A DNA stretch of 64,000 nucleotides, from assembly GCA_950097015.1 (NCBI GenBank), contig CATNEN010000024.1, positions 744,001-808,000 of the forward strand, in the 5' to 3' direction. Source of the stretch: Macrostomum hystrix (lineage: Eukaryota > Animalia > Platyhelminthes). The position numbers were made by a program, and so were the translations under genes. Below are positions 61,995-64,000 of this stretch, piece after piece (positions within the stretch are counted from its first letter, which is position 1; every line of letters begins with the position of its first letter). The notes beneath the pieces are model-generated. The model saw only the letters and a program-made list of their open reading frames with translations. It had not been told where the DNA came from and made no database searches.

Positions 61995-63711
61995 CTGAAA
62001 ATCGGAAGATGACGTCATTCACATTTTCTGGTTTGTACTTCACTCGGTTTGTGAAGCAATTTTAATTAATAACAATTTATATCTTAAGAGAAAAGATTCG
62101 AACTCCAGACCTCCAGACAATACGAGTCCAAACCTACATGCTTACTTACCAGCATTGGATGATATAGTAGGTTTTACAAGGTCAACGAGTGTAACAAAAC
62201 TTCTTTTGAAGTGTAGAAAACTAGCTGTTGCAACCTATGCCCTTCTATAGACAATTTTATTTAATATTTTCTAGAAAAAAACCGATGTTCCTACTTACAA
62301 GTAGCGTGATTAGTAAGTAGTGATGAGTAACTATGTTTTATAATTTAGCTATCGTGGAAAGCTTTTAGCCAGAAATTCGATCCCTTTAATCTAGCGCCCA
62401 ATGCTTTAGCGAATGGAACATAATTTTTCTTTCAAAGCCGGCCGCATTAACATGAAGACAAAAAGGAGTCACAGAATTGTGATGAGAGACGCAAAGAGAG
62501 AAGAGAATTTGAGAAGCTGCAGGAAGGAGCTGCCGATTGACAAGCTGATAAGGCGAAGAAGCAGATTTCCTAGAAAAAAGAGGCGATGGAAAACGACCGA
62601 TCGATGCGAAGTTTGCTTCTGGCTAAAACCACCCGGTGTTATTAAAGCCTGCAGACAGACAGACAGACAGACATACAGGCGGTAGGGCAGGTTCGTGGAG
62701 ATTTAAATCGATAAAAAACATAGGTAAAAGGAGAAGACAGACTTAGTTATTAGGCAAGTCGATCCGGTGTGGCTTCTATTTCTTCATTTTCTCCATCTCA
62801 AAGCACCCCGGCTACCTGCAGCCCCCAAGCGCTAATGAGCTGGGGGTGAAGCTTCTGAGTCCTATACTCAGATAGGGATCGGCACGAATTGAGTCTGGGT
62901 GCAGGGATGAGGAAGGAGTGGGAAAAAAGCGGGATTTTTGCTCGCCCGGTCCAGAAGAGGTCGATAGGGAGAAAAATTGCGTCGCAAAAGAAATCGATGA
63001 AGAGAGAGAAAAAAATTGTCACCGCGTTTAGCAACTGAATGACGCCACTCCATTCGCACCTGCTCAACCCCAGAAACCCTGACATGTTTCTGCCTCATCG
63101 ACACGAAGGTAGGACAGATTATTGGTAGCAAAGGTGACAAAATAATTCCCATATGAATGGAAGTTGCGACTGCGACAAAGCCGACAATATGTTTAGTCTA
63201 TTCCCGTGCCGGCCGGGAAGGATAAAAGGTGGGATAAAAAGGGGAAAAACATTTCTTTGATATTTTTTCTTCATCTACAGGATAATTTCTTCCCAAAGTG
63301 TGAGTCGTTTTCCCAATGCTCCCACATGCAGTATTAGTCATCGGCAAGTTGCGCGAAGTGACGGCAAAGTAGCGAGACTTCAAGATCCCTATGGGGAAGA
63401 ATTGAGTAGCGGCAAAAATGCTTGAGCATAGCAGAAAGTAGCTTGTGTGAGCCGCTGCAGTTCAAAAGTGTTTCTGAAGAGCACTTCGCTAAAGATTGGT
63501 TCTGCCTCAGCCTGCATCTCAGAGGAAGGGGCTGGGTGCCCAGCTGAATGTGTGGGGAAATTTTACCGTTTGACTAAGTCACTACCAGCTTCCCATGCTC
63601 TGTTAAACTACAGTATTGAACAGTGGTCGCAAAATTTATACATCTTGGCCAAAGAGAGATTCTAGAAGACGATAGCGGGCCGGAGTGAGGTTGATGAGAT
63701 GAACCACAGGA

Positions 63712-64000
63712 GTGATGAGACACGGGAGAGATGAGACACGGGAGAGATGAGACACGGGAGAGATGAGACACGGGGAGATGAGACACGGGGAGATGAGACA
63801 CGGGAGAGATGAGACACAGGAGAGATGAGACACGGGAGAGATGAGACACGGGAGAGATGAGACACGGGAGAGATGAGACACGGGAGAGATGAGACACGCG
63901 AGAGATGAGACACGGGAGAGATGAGACACAGGAGAGATGAGACACGGGAGAGATGAGACACGGGAGAGATGAGACACGGGAGAGATGAGACACGGGGAGA
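63712..64000. repeat. 16-bp minisatellite (GAGATGAGACACGGGA)n
   Basis: Same unit as 1-600 and 12263-13450. Confidence 0.96.

Noticed and set aside
62040-62165. tRNA gene (minus-strand GAGTTCGAATC); similarly ~15990-16020
   Set aside because: Only a B-box-like motif, no cloverleaf; at most decayed SINE heads.
62400-63700. Frizzled CRD exons
   Set aside because: No Cys-patterned CRD reading frame found; presumed to lie beyond 64000.

Overview
Eukaryotic (metazoan) genomic DNA with GT-AG spliceosomal genes whose introns and spacers are inflated by more than 20 different 15-42 bp minisatellite arrays. This architecture suggests a Macrostomum-like flatworm, but that is inference only. Genes rebuilt by hand from splice sites and reading phase: 5' part of a DCC/neogenin/frazzled receptor (-); convergent tRNA-Asn(GTT) and tRNA-Pro(TGG); an 8-coding-exon TIA-1/TIAR RNA-binding gene (+) that appears to lack RRM1; four co-directional minus-strand genes (ERGIC1, CHCHD2/10, CHMP3 and an uncharacterised 3xCCCH/RWD-like/CHY zinc-finger protein); an intronless degenerate vWA gene with a possible GIY-YIG-like C-terminus (+); and the 3' part of frizzled-5/8 (-). 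tRNA-derived SINEs are also present. Most long ORFs in the supplied track are repeat artefacts. Best leads: the zinc-finger gene has no canonical in-frame start (in-frame UGA, CUU-UGA +1 site, or a 1-bp error); a 17-bp hairpin masks an alternative 3' splice site of TIA-1; TIA-1 has candidate poison acceptors and uORFs; an ATCCC core is shared by many unrelated minisatellites; the four minus-strand genes may be an operon; and the vWA gene may encode a pseudo-nuclease fusion.
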